From NCBI GenBank assembly GCA_001643675.2, contig LSRY02000008.1, positions 806,001-870,000 on the forward strand: a DNA stretch of 64,000 nucleotides, given 5' to 3'. This DNA comes from Monocercomonoides exilis PA203. Lineage: Eukaryota > Protista > Preaxostyla. The position numbers and the translations under genes are program-made. The notes below the pieces were generated by a model that made no database searches, was not told where the DNA came from, and saw only the letters and a list, made by a program, of their open reading frames with translations. Shown here piece after piece: positions 12,356-24,312 of this stretch (the stretch's first letter is position 1; each line of letters begins with the position of its first letter).

Positions 12356-13139
12356 ACATGACTATGATATAAAAAAAAAATCTTAAATCGAAAAAAAAAT
12401 AAAATAATGGGCTGTTTTGATCAATCAGTTTTTTGGAAAGGATAAATTGTTTTTAGAAAATATGTCAAAATATTATCGAAATATCCTTTTTGCATTATTT
12501 TTGATTTAAATATATTTTTCCTGAATATTTTTGAATGATTCATTTTTTCCCCAATAAAAATTGAACATAAAAAAATTTTTTATTACAAAAAATTGATTTT
12601 CTAATTTTATCATCATTAAATGTTATACAAACTCTGTTTATAAATGAATAAAATATGACATTATTTATTTATTTTTTCTTCTTTCATAGATATAGATTTT
12701 TTTAGTTGAAAAATGTGTATTCATTAAAAATCTATTTTTCTTTCATATTAGTACTCTTTGAAGAAAATATTTTTTTGAAAACAACTAATAACCTTATATT
12801 GTAGTTAATCAAGGAAAAAATAATTAATATTCAATTATTCACAGTAACTGGATTATCATTCAATTTTGAATTATCATTTTTTTCAAAAAAGAGTTTTCAA
12901 AAAATTTCAAACAATGATTTGTAATTATGATATGAAAAAAAAACAAAAAAAATAATGAATAGAAAAGATAGAATTTCTTTTGATTGAAAAAATACTCAAG
13001 AATTTAAATCAAAAACAAAAATGATAACCATTATGATTTTTCAACTTTTTCGAAAAAACAAATAGAAGGACACCAATTTTCTGAAGTGAGATGATTCCAA
13101 TAATCATTCCATTTTTCAGGTATAATTTCTGAAACAATA

Positions 13140-14235
13140 TGGTCATTACGCTCAATAAACTTTGAAATGGAACTAGGCTTGGAAACATCTTCTTTCACAA
13201 TGACCAAAAAATGCCCTTTCTCATAAAGAACACTTGAATGAATAACACATCCAACAAATTCATAAACAACAACATCATTAACAGAACTTGAAGAAAAGAA
13301 TGAATCTTCAAAGGAAGCCTTTGGATCAAATATTTTTTATTCCTCAGGCCCTAACCCTGAATCAACAAAATGAATAGAAAGAGGAGGAGCTATAACAGTA
13401 AAAAAATCACCAACGATGAACAAAACACTTTGCACTTTTGGAAAATACTAAAAACGAACATATTTCGTAAACTGTGTATCTCTGTGACATGAAACACACT
13501 CTCCTTTTCTCTTTTCAACAAAAACAGAACTGCAAGTCAATAGATTCTGAAGACCAGAAACAACATCTGATACATTAATTGTCACATTATACAGATCATT
13601 CCTTCTTGAAAAAGAGTAATAATGACAATAAAAACACATTCCAACATTTTGTGAAATGATAGAAAACTTTCATAAATATCACTACAATTTTTTGAAAGCA
13701 TTGAAAGAAGTCTCTCAAAAACAATAGACAGCTCTTTTGGCTGATTCTTCCCTCCAAGATAATTGTAGTAAAATTTATTTATTTGCCCTCCATCCCACAC
13801 ATTCAAATTGAACTAAGAGATTCGATGAAGACGAAACAGATGCATCAATGTTTTTTGCATACTGTTCATTTTTGAAATGTCTATAAATTCAAGATTAAGA
13901 GAAGCCATACATTGACAAATGACAGAAAGAGAGCACATACAACCATTGTTTTTCAAGCCTCTTTGAGAAAAAAGAAGCATGACAAGACAGGATCTTGAAT
14001 TAACTTTCGAAGATAATGAAGAAGAAGAAGATGAAGAAGAATTTTGCATTTTTGATTGTTTTGTAATTTTGGAAGAAAAAGTCGAATGTTTTTTGCATCT
14101 CTTTGCTTCTATTTTATTTATGTGAATTGAAGAAGTGGCTTCAAAAGAAACACAAAAATCATTGATATGATGTGTAAATGAAAAAGTATCATTTTCTTCA
14201 CTTTCTTTGAAAATGTTAGTGGTAATTTGAGGAGA
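13140..14235 (-). pseudogene. divergent ubiquitin-specific protease (peptidase C19)-like domain, disrupted
   Basis: Cys-box-like RGLKNNGCMCSLSVICQCM (~13900-13962), CxxC pairs (CFYC, CVSC), His-box-like YEFVGCVIHSSVLYEKGHFLVIVK (~13195-13265) and KFIERND (~13143-13163). Stops and frameshifts lie between them. Confidence 0.6.
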
Positions 14236-14859
14236 AGGTTGTTGCTGTTGCTGTTGCAGTTGAGGAAGAGAAGATTGCTGTCCTGCACCTACTTGCTCCT
14301 GAGGCTTCCCAGTCATCCGCAGCTGATTCTGTTGTTGCGCTGACTGCGGGACTTGTGTGCGAGGTATCAGGATATTTGGCTGCAGCTGGGACTGTGGTAG
14401 AGAAGCATCGCCCGTCTGAAGATTGAGCTGGGTGCTGCCTGGAAGAGATGGATGCCCTGGTGACTGCTGCTGCTGCTGAAGAGAAGATTGTGTCTGTGCT
14501 TGTTGTGGTTTCATAGATCCTGGCCCCATTCCGTACGAGTAGTTCTCCTGGGAGACAGGATACACGCTGTTCATCCGCATCTCTGTGTGCTGCATAGGCC
14601 CCTTCAGATGCTGTGAATACGTCGGCATTCCTGGCGGGATATGCGGAGACATGCCTCCAGCACCTATCCCTCTGCCCATGCTTTCATTCATTCCAATTAC
14701 CATTCCAACAGACAGTAGATTCGCTGAGTTGTTCATAAACATCACATTTGACGGCTGGCTGATCATCCCAATGCCTTCCATTCCTGCACCTGCAGGATGC
14801 TCTTGTTGCATCTGCATCTGTTGTGATTGCTGTTGCTGTTGTGTCTGGAAATTCTGCAT
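13813..14859 (-). CDS. 348-aa ORF: Gln/Pro/Gly/Met-rich low-complexity segment joined in frame to the USP-like Cys-box region
   Basis: Taken from the ORF track. Composition switches from GC-rich to AT-rich at ~14235. The upstream Ser-rich frame (14986..15240) is broken, so intactness is doubtful. Confidence 0.4.
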   Translation of the reverse strand: MQNFQTQQQQQSQQMQMQQEHPAGAGMEGIGMISQPSNVMFMNNSANLLSVGMVIGMNESMGRGIGAGGMSPHIPPGMPTYSQHLKGPMQHTEMRMNSVYPVSQENYSYGMGPGSMKPQQAQTQSSLQQQQQSPGHPSLPGSTQLNLQTGDASLPQSQLQPNILIPRTQVPQSAQQQNQLRMTGKPQEQVGAGQQSSLPQLQQQQQQPSPQITTNIFKESEENDTFSFTHHINDFCVSFEATSSIHINKIEAKRCKKHSTFSSKITKQSKMQNSSSSSSSSLSSKVNSRSCLVMLLFSQRGLKNNGCMCSLSVICQCMASLNLEFIDISKMNSMQKTLMHLFRLHRIS

Positions 14860-15952
14860 TAATGTGATGGATGAAGGAGAAAAAGAAGAAAAAGAAGAAG
14901 AAGGAATTGAAAAATCAGATTGATTGGAGGATGCAACCTGTGCTTTTTGAGCAGTCTCAGAGTGATTTCCTAAAGATGTCTGTGTTTATGTTGGAAGTGA
15001 ATTCTTCGTTGAAGTCTGAGACGAACAAGGCAATGGAAATGAAGCATATGAAGCACTTGCATTGGAAAACGAAGGTTGCAATTGCAATACGTCTGAAGGA
15101 GCAGATGCAGAAGATGGAGAATATGTTGAAGATGTTGAAGACGCAAAAGAAAAAGAAGAAGAGGGAAAAGAAGCTGATTGAAATGAATGAGAGGATGTTG
15201 AGAGGATATAAGGAGAAGAAGAGGGAAATGTTAATGTCAAATTTTTCTTTTGTATTGTTTTTTCCACTTCATAAATGATTTTCTGAACTGAAGCCAATGA
15301 ATAAGAATAAAGTTCGCATTTTTCATTTGTTAAAAATGGATAGTTTAAATATATCATTTTCGAAAATAAAAATTAAATCAGTTATAAAAGAAATACAAAA
15401 AGAAATATGCAAACTGTAACATGATTTATTAAAATCACGGAAAAGAAGTTTTCCAAATTCATTATCAAGCACAAAAGCTTTTAATAAATAAACAGAACGC
15501 TCGTAAGGCATTTTCTCAAATATGTCAGCAATATATATTGCTTCCGATTTTATCAGTCTTTTTCGCGTGCTTCGATGTTCTTTTGTCGTGCTAAACATGA
15601 AAAAAAAAAATAAAATCTCCAGAAAATGAAATTATAATGGAAAGTTATCAATATTTTGTTAAAGCCGATATATTTAAAAAAAAATTCAATCAATCACTCG
15701 TCATAATTTGCAGGACTTATGTTGAAACAAATAAAGAAAAACAAAAACAAAAATCAAAAGATCTTTCGTAAAAGTTATTTATATGATAAAAAAAAGCAAC
15801 TGTTTCTTTAATTGTTTCATTGAATCTTTTTCATCTTTTTGTTGTTGAATGGAAGAAAGAAGAGATTTTGAATGAAATAAGGATAATATGGAAAAGATGA
15901 AAAGTTTGAAGAGAAAACGATGATGAACCAAAACAGAAAGTGACAACAAAGT

Positions 15953-16820
15953 TTGAAGCAGAAAGTTGAATATCTGGATCATCCTATCTATAACTACTTA
16001 TTCATGACAGCCCTAAAGCACAGATACGAAGAGCGAGGAAGGGCAATGAAAGTCGGTGCTCAGGAGAACTCATTCGTTGTTGAAAATCCACTTATTAAAA
16101 CCAGGGAACGTGCAGTCTCTATTCCAAAGCGATGCAATGTTGAGTACTGCGGTGCATGAGCAGATGAGGTTGCTGTGTATGGAGTGGTTATTCTGCATAG
16201 CGCTGCCATTGTTGGTGAGTTGAAAGATGAAGACGTGAACATTACTTCAAAGCTTGCCTAGAGAGATGACGGTGAAGATGGAACTCATCATACAAAAGGA
16301 GCTTAAAGACTGATTCAACAAAGAAAGATGAGAATGACAACGCTGAAACCACCAATGTCGAGATCTGTTGTATTGAGATGCTTTGGGGAGCAGCTGGAGC
16401 CATCGTCGAACACGAGAACTGGCGAGGCAGCACTGAGGGCGGAGAGGTTAGCGTCGGAGTGGAAGAGGGAGGAAGTGGCGAGAGCACGAAGAGCAGGGCA
16501 GGTGAAGCGGAGGGAATGGACAGATATGTTGGAGAGGCGAAGGTTGCCTTGGGAAGCGCAAAGGAGTGAGGAGTTGAGTTTGACAGGCTGGTCGGCGGCA
16601 GAAAAGAGGAAGGAGGACACAGCGAGGGATCCGTCGAGGAAGGAGAAGAGGGAAGAGTGAGCAGATGCGAAGGAGGAGTGGAAGGAGAAGTGGCAGTGGG
16701 TGAGGATGCAGGTGTTGAGAAAGGCGGCAACAGCAGAGCATCTGAGGAGGAAGACATCCAGATATATTAAAAAGACGAGGAAGAGGATGGAAGACAGAGA
16801 GAGAGAGAGATGAAAAAGAG
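15953..16820 (+). pseudogene. GC-richer fragment of an unidentified protein-coding gene
   Basis: ORFs 15953..16159 and 16328..16660 are in the same frame, separated by point stops. The content is charged and helical-looking. No family recognised. Confidence 0.4.
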
Positions 16821-17429
16821 TAAGTGAAGATTTTCGTATGATGGAAGCATTTTTTGTACAAAAAATGAAAATTCACAAATTGTATTGTTCAATTTTTTAA
16901 ATAGTGATATTTTTTTATTTTCACCTATCACTTCTTTTGACGAATAAATCTTTTTAAACTCTTTTTTGAATTATTTGTTTTCAAATCGAAGGAAACTGCA
17001 AACTGTAAATTTCTTGTTAAATATCTCGCATTACTATCATATTTTTGTTTTTGTGTTTTCGCTAATTGTTTGTTTTCAACATTTTTTTGGATCTTCAACA
17101 TCTGTTTAAGAATTTCTTTTCTCCAACATTATTTAACATTCTTCATTTAAGAAATTGATTTATTGAGTATTGAAACAATCATTATCATGCTTTTCAAGCA
17201 AGATAACTTATGTTTTATAATGTTTATTGAATTTTCGAGTTTTTTTTTGGAAATTATTTTAATTTGAAGATATTAGTAATAAAATAAATTTGAAACAAAT
17301 TAAAAACGACTTTAAAATAATAATAATAATGTATAAAACCATATTTTCATGTAAATTCAAATAAAAATTTTCTAATAAACCGCAAACTTAATGAAAAATA
17401 ATTACGATCAAACTTCGAAGTTTTTTATG

Positions 17430-17677
17430 ATATGTCAAAATTTTTTTGAAAAGTTCCATTTGTTTGATTTACAAATAATGCAAAAATTTCCTATTTCAAT
17501 CAAATTTCTGTTTCCACTCACTATATTTCGCTTTTATGAAAACAAAATCTTGACAATGTTGTTGTTTCCATTTTTATAAATTTTTCTGATTGGGAACAGA
17601 AATTTGATCGAAATATGAAATTTTCATTTTATTTGAAAATTAAACAAATGGAATATTTTAAAAAAATTTCGACATAT
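17430..17677 (+). mobile_element. 248-bp palindromic MITE (hairpin family 1)
   Basis: ATATGTCAAAATTTTTT...AAAAAAATTTCGACATAT; nearly identical to 35531..35778. Confidence 0.9.
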
Positions 17678-17859
17678 AAAAAAAACACCCATTTTTGTAT
17701 CACGAAGAGCGGAAACAAGTTTTATTCATCGGAGAAAAAATCAAAAAATTGGTCAATAATGTGAAAAATAAGTTTTATCTATAAACATTACAGAAAATTA
17801 CAGCTAATGAAAGGGAAAAATATTCGGTTTTTCACAAGTTATCCACATTTATTTATGAA

Positions 17860-18830
17860 GATCGAGCTTGGAAATGGTTGTTTAACATTATTCAAACAAA
17901 AAAACATTTGCAGTGCAGAATTTACAGAAAAGAGTTGAAACTGGAAAATTATGAAGAGAATTATCACTATTGGACCTGCAGAAAGTGTGGCAAAAAGATC
18001 AGCATTCAAAGATACAACATTGCCAAATTCGAAAATTGAACTTGGAAAATTTTGTTTGATCATATCTCTTTTGTTAAAAGGAGTTTCAGCAAAGCATTTT
18101 CATAAAATAATAGGAGTTCACTATGCGGTTGTGGGTTATTTAAGAAGTGTATTAAGATGTGCCTGTGCTAATCATTCAAACATAGATCCAATTGAGTTGG
18201 ATGGGGAAGGAAAGATTGTGTTGTTTGATGAATGTATGTGGATAGGGAGAAAATATTAAAATTGGAGAAAAAAAAAGCAAATATAAATCTTTAGTTCAAT
18301 AGAAAGATCGGACGACTATTCAGAAATGTTTAATTGGAGTATTTTTTGATTACATGATCTTTATGCCTGCATTTTCATTCCTCTCATAAAATCTCGCATT
18401 CTTCCGGAAACAACAATTTTGAGTGACGAGTAAAAGGCATATTCTTCTTTGGGGACAAGTTGCAACATTCATAAGACAGTTTGTCATAAAAGACATTATG
18501 TGGATCCTTTTGCTTGTGCTTCCACAGATACCACTGAAGGAATGTGGTCGTATTTGAGAGGGCTTTTCCTCAAACACGTGATTAGAGAAAGATATTTTTG
18601 AGATAATTTTGCTTTTTTATATAGCAAAAAACACTCTCTAAATTCCTTTCGAAGAAAAAATTGGTATGATCGTTTATTGGAAAAATAAGAAGAAATGGAA
18701 GAAAAATAGGAAATTAAAAACGAAGATGAATCCAATCCAGACATGAATGATTTTGAAGATATTGAATCTTCCGATGGGGAATCTGATTATGAGAGCTGCA
18801 GCTTCGATATTTCTTTTGAATCTAACTCAT
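17860..18830 (+). mobile_element. Merlin/ISXO2 (IS1595-like) transposase pseudogene
   Basis: GEGKIVLFDECMWIGRKY, ILPETTILSDE, HKTVCHKRHYVDP...STDTTEGMWS, and an acidic tail. Stops are present. Confidence 0.85.
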
Positions 18831-19339
18831 TTGAATGGAAAAATGAAAAAATTTTTCTCATTTTTTATCCTATAATAAAAAAAAATTCACCTATTATCAC
18901 ATTTTTGATGTAAAATAGAAAATCATTTTTCAATGTTTTCATTACTATTTAATTCACAAAAAAAGTTTAAAAAGCTACATTACGAATCAAGATAACTGAA
19001 AAAATTTAGTATATTTTGAGGATGGATTATAGAAAATCACAAGTTATCGTTTTTCCAATCTAAAATTGAAACCCAATGAAAACTGTTTTTCATTTGCTAT
19101 TAAAAACAAATATATTTATTTTAATTTTTTTTCTCTTATTGTAAATCAAAACTCACATAATGAAAAAAAATGAAAAAAATATCATTTTCAAGAATAACCT
19201 AACGGTAACAGTGACTTTTCTACCACATTTATTAATTCGCGAAAGATAAGTATTTTTTTCCTATAATTTTTTTATTTCTTTGATGAAAATAAGGAAAACG
19301 ACAATTTTTAAAAATGACAATAAATTCATTTTCTTTTCG

Positions 19340-19763
19340 AATATATTCAAAATTAAAATACAGATATCGCATAAAATAACGGACAAGATCGATTTCCCAA
19401 TAACTGCAAGAGGAACAATTCTGATAATTTTCCTCAAAATACACCTCGTCAATACAAACTCATGTGACATTCAAGACTTTCAGGACAGCTTCATTTGTGC
19501 TCAGAGAAAATTAAAATTTATATCTCGGAAAAGTAGGATTTCGAATTTATCCGAAATTTCAATCATTAATTTTCTCTGAGCATAAATGAAGATATTTTGA
19601 AAGTCACGTTTATCTAATGAGTTTGTATTGATGAGATGAATTTTGAGGAAATTTGTCAGAATTATTCCTCTTGCAGTTATTGTGAAATCGATCTTGTCCG
19701 GTATTTTGAGCGATGTCAGGTATTTTATGCGATATCTGTATTTTCAATCAAAATGAATATATT
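19340..19763. mobile_element. ~420-bp foldback (long imperfect palindrome) element
   Basis: Arms of ~170 bp pair, e.g. aaaatacagatatcgcataaaata/tattttatgcgatatctgtatttt, cggacaagatcgatttc/gaaatcgatcttgtccg, gctcagagaaaattaa/ttaattttctctgagc. Confidence 0.85.
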
Positions 19764-19844
19764 TTTATTTTTGAAATGCATAACAATCAATTCCACAACT
19801 CAAAATAATTGTCATTTTGAATTTAATTCTTTTTTTTTTTTTGA

Positions 19845-19903
19845 TATTGTAATATTAATTCCGAATTTGAATTAAATTATTTCATATATGAATCATTTTT
19901 GGT
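19845..19903. repeat. isolated end fragment of the CACC...GGTG MITE family
   Basis: tattaattccgaatttgaatta...atcatttttggtg matches the ends at 26299 and 52259. Confidence 0.5.
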
Positions 19904-21007
19904 GTGCACAAAAAGATAATAAATGCTAAGATAACTGTTTTTATTAGAAAAGCAATGACAAAGGGAAATATCAAAGCAAAAATTAATAAATTTTTTCTAA
20001 ATTTTTTTATTTAAAATGAATCTTATTTTTTTATTATTTTTAAAATATCGATGGATGTTCAGAGAAATTATTCAAAAAGAACATTTTTGATATTTGATTG
20101 TTTTTCAATCATTTCATTATTCATGTATTTGTTTAACTTTTGAAAACAACGTTCATATTAATAATTAAGCTTCAAATTGGAATTTCAAAAGAAAAACACA
20201 GAATGACGAAAACAATATCACATTATTCTTTATACAAAAGTTTCTTGTTTAAAAAGTGATCTTTCTCAGTAAAAAATTGCTTGATGCAAGTCAAATAATA
20301 AGTTTTTATTTTTCTTTTGATATTTTTCACATATTCAAAAAGAATTATTATAATAAAAAATTATTTATTCTTATCTATTTCATAAATTTTCTTATTTATA
20401 AAAAGTTATATATTCATCTGTTTTCATTTTTATTAAATATTTTTTATTCTGCTTATTCATATCTTTGTTGGTCGCTGTTTTTTTGAAAAGAATATTTCGA
20501 TTCGTCAAAACCAAAAGATAACAAAATAAACAATTGCATCCTTCATATTATAAAAATAAGGAAATGTTTGTTTGCATTATATATTAGAAATTTAAAAAAA
20601 AAACTAATGGTTGATACAATTTTTCTTTCGGAAAATCAGTATTTGTTTTTGATATATTATTTTTTTTATGAAATGAATAAAAAAGACAATTATGTTCAAA
20701 ACCTGAATTAGTAAATTCGAATGGAATCAACATCAATGAAATAAACAATTTAATATTCGAGAACGTTTTTGCTAATTTTACATTCAATTTCCATCGCATA
20801 TAATCACAGGGCTGAAAATAAATATTCACATTTTATATTATGATGTGTTCATCTTTCTTGAAAATTCGGTTTTTCGATTAATTATTTCAATTATTGTTTT
20901 TCCAAAAATTTGTTTTAATAAGAAAAAATAATGAACATCATCGTTAAAAATAGTTTTCTCAATTTGAAAAAGCGAATTTGTGAAGAATTTTCAAGAATGA
21001 AAAAATC

Positions 21008-24000
21008 GTCCCAAAACAAACAAACAAATCTATCAATTTTTGTTTTTTTTCTGTGAATTGCGAAATCGGATAAAATCGCAATAGGATATATTCACAAAAA
21101 GTTGGGCAAAGCTTGATTTGAAAATATCCGATTTTGACTGCATTTCAACTTGATGGTAATCTTTTTTTAAGATTATGAATGCATTTGTTTAGAAAATATG
21201 ATCTTGTTTTAAAACTTTTACTGGTTTTCGGGAAGAAATAGTTTGAATTTCCTTCTTGCATGTAAAGTTCTGACTCCAATCATTGTTTCCAGAATTGCAA
21301 CTGTTCCTTTTTGATTTCTTTCCACAAGAATCTCCTTGTTATCACGATTTTCTTCGCCTGGTTCTTCAACCTAATTGGGGAATATTGTTTCTCCTTCAGA
21401 GGCCTTTGGAAAATTCGAAGATGAAGTTTGCACTGGTTGAGCATAATTATTTCTATCCGGCAAGCACAGTTGGCTTTGAAGTTTCCTGTTGACGCACGTT
21501 GACAACAAGGTGTCTACCATTCTTGAAGCTAAATTTGTATTGAAGGATGAAATAAAAGGTGCGTGCGAGATGGGGGACATACGTACGTGCCTTGCCACAA
21601 TTGCTTTTGGGACTTCTTTGTACAATAGTGCTGAAATAGCTGCATGCTTGAGAGTGAAACGTCGATATTCACCTGGAATCCCAATCTGAGTCATTCCAAG
21701 GCGGGCCAACTTACGAATTCCTTCTGTCTTTAGCGGAGTGTGATGCACTGTGTTGAGTAAAAATGTGTCTCTATTTTCATAAGTTATTCTAACTCTGCAC
21801 CAAAGTGATTTGACAGCTCTTCCTGCTGAAACCTTTTCATCCGTGCTTTTCAAAATTGGAACTGTTATATATGAGTGTGAAAAGAGCTGTTTTTAAATTC
21901 GTGAATGGGTGGATGGAATCCTCTTGTACAACGGATTGGTTTATCGATATTCTTTCCATCTCTCGGAAGCCGCATGCTGTGAAAATAATTAACAGGATAA
22001 TGCATTTAACGGTCAGATCGAAGAACGATAATTCCTTATTTGGAGGCATGCGATTGTAATAGCCAAATACTATTGAAGGAGACCACATAGATGTATAAGG
22101 TTTCCTTGGAATGTGAGATCGATGGAACGAGCGGAATAATGTCTCTATCAGCGGGACTTGTCCCAGGTTTTCTCCGTAACTGATTCTGGTGAATAACGAG
22201 ACCGCGGATCTCGTTGTGCAAAGACATGAATATGGAAAACCTTTATCTCTCAACTTTATGAAAATGTTAGCACAGATCTGTGTCCAGTCGCTGAATTCCT
22301 TCGGAAAGTCTCCATATCCCTCTTCCTCCAATGCCTGTGAAAAATGAGCAAAGCTGAACGTTTATGATGACTAAGTTGTGGAAGCGATGCTGTTACGAGA
22401 CTCAGAGATAATGAGATCCGAAACATTGAACCTTTTTAGCCCACGGGTCTACCATTCCTCCCCGATTTCCATCACCAATTTAGTCTCCCCGCAATGTTAC
22501 CTCCTGGTGGGAGGGATGCTCCTGTTCTCTTTAAACCTGGTTTTGGTTGAAGAATAGTTTGCGAATTCTTCCAATATACGAACCGTGTCATCATTCTTTT
22601 AAACAGAGGTGTCCAGATTTGATCTCTTCAGGCTGGAATTTGAATAACTGCTCTTGCTCTCTCTCTCTCTCTTTCTCTCTCTCCAAATCATCCTCAGACT
22701 CGGAAGGATAAGCGGAACGGGGGGATGCACAAGAGTCACTATATATTTCCAACTTACGGCCAATCCATCCTCTGCGAAGGGACTTCCTGGTCGAAATTAA
22801 ATTTGTGCTTTGTTGTTTCCTGTGCTTGCGAATGTGTCCTGCTCTATTTTGACATTCGACTGCTTCTGAGCCACCTCCATTCTCTTCAGTGTAATCGGGT
22901 AATCTCCTGATCTTTCTAGCCTTTATTAGGAATAACGCTGCTCTTTTCCATATTGATAATAAGTCCAAGCTATGCACGCCATTTCTTCACTTTGCTCATC
23001 GCTTCTGTAAGATAGATTGGATCTTGAAAAACATGGATAACTTATTCCAAGCATGACATTAATTTTACATCCCATTGATCTCTGATGAGTTGTCATTTCT
23101 TTCTAATCAGTTGCGTGAAGATTCGTTGAGCATCCTTGCATACGAATGGAATGCCGCGAAAAGTGAATGCTTTTTCGTGAAAGGAGAATGTGAGAAACGG
23201 AACAAACAAATCGTGAAATGGGACGAGGAAATATTCTTAAGATAAATCCAACGTGGTGGAGAAATCGTTGTTCTCGAGGAGTCTTTACACTGTCCTGTAA
23301 TCTTCCACTTTGAACTGGATGTTTTTCAGAGCTGTATTTGAAAGACGGAAGTCCAGTATTTGTTAGCATTTCCATCTTTCTTCGGTATGAAATAAAATAT
23401 TTCCCAAGTTGTTGACATTCTTCCTGTCCATTTTGAATATGATATCTGTTGCATAACCTTCCTTTATCCAAGCGGAACAGGACGACTCCTTCTTATAACC
23501 TCCGAGAAAGCCCTTGTTCTTTTACACTTCTCTCATTAATCTGTTTTTTGTTTGGTTTCCCTTCCATTCGGGGCATATTCCTTCTGATATTGCATTTGCG
23601 ACACCGATCTTTTTTCACTCCTCGGAAAACAAACGAGTTCTTCAGCCCACTTTTTTTTCTTTCCCCAAGCTTTCCTGGAAAATGTTTTTTGTAGAGGACC
23701 GCAGAAGCGGGCTTGAACGAGAAAAAATCTTGTTCTCGTTATCCTTCTTTTTGGTTGTGATTTCGGTGATGAGCGTTTGGCTTCAAGAATAGGTTTGATG
23801 ATTTCTAGTTTGTCACAAGTAATAAGAGGATCTTCTGAACCGTCGTTCAGAACTCTAGCTGTTTTGAAACCATATTCTGCCTGAATGCGTGTGTATCTTG
23901 CCTCTTGCAACACAGCGATGATCATTAGCACCGCATCAGCAAGTCTATCACGTTGATAAGCTGCCTCGCTTGAAATTGGATCAGCTCCTTCAAAGCAGGG

Positions 24001-24060
24001 AACATTTGTTGTTCCACTTTCTATCCACTTGACACCAAAACATCCTTTTTCCAGTTTTAA
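21008..24060 (-). mobile_element. tyrosine-recombinase (DIRS-like) retrotransposon, degraded and 5'-truncated (copy 1)
   Basis: gag-like RIQAEYGF (ORF 23536..24090); RT remnants TTLDLS and RGIPFVCKDAQRIFTQL (~23110-23260); YR ORFs 21837..22331 and 21371..21853. Collinear with 53049..57083. Confidence 0.85.
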
Positions 24061-24152
24061 AATCTTAATTATGCAAGCATTTATTATCAATGTTATAAAT
24101 TTTAAAAGTTAAATTTATTTTTATTTCAAATGAATATAAGAAAAGACATTTT

Positions 24153-24312
24153 AACACACACACACACACAAAAAAAATAAAAAATAAAAAATAAAAAATA
24201 AAAAATAAAAAATAAAAAATAAAAAATAAAAAATAAAAAATAAAAAATAAAAAAAAAAATAAAAAATAAAAAAAAAAATAAAAAATAAAAAAAAAATTAA
24301 AAAAATAAAAAA
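24153..24312. repeat. (CA)n followed by (AAAAAAT/AAAAAT)n tract
   Basis: Directly visible. Confidence 0.95.

Noticed and set aside
16242-16876. Minus-strand Ser/Pro-rich ORFs here and at 33339..34088
   Set aside because: Most likely antisense shadows of purine-rich plus-strand coding fragments; strand is not fully certain.
17860-18830. Bacterial IS1595/IS630/IS5 contamination or prophage
   Set aside because: These elements are interleaved with intron-bearing transposases and microsatellites and have eukaryote-style acidic tails. No operons or RBS pattern are seen.
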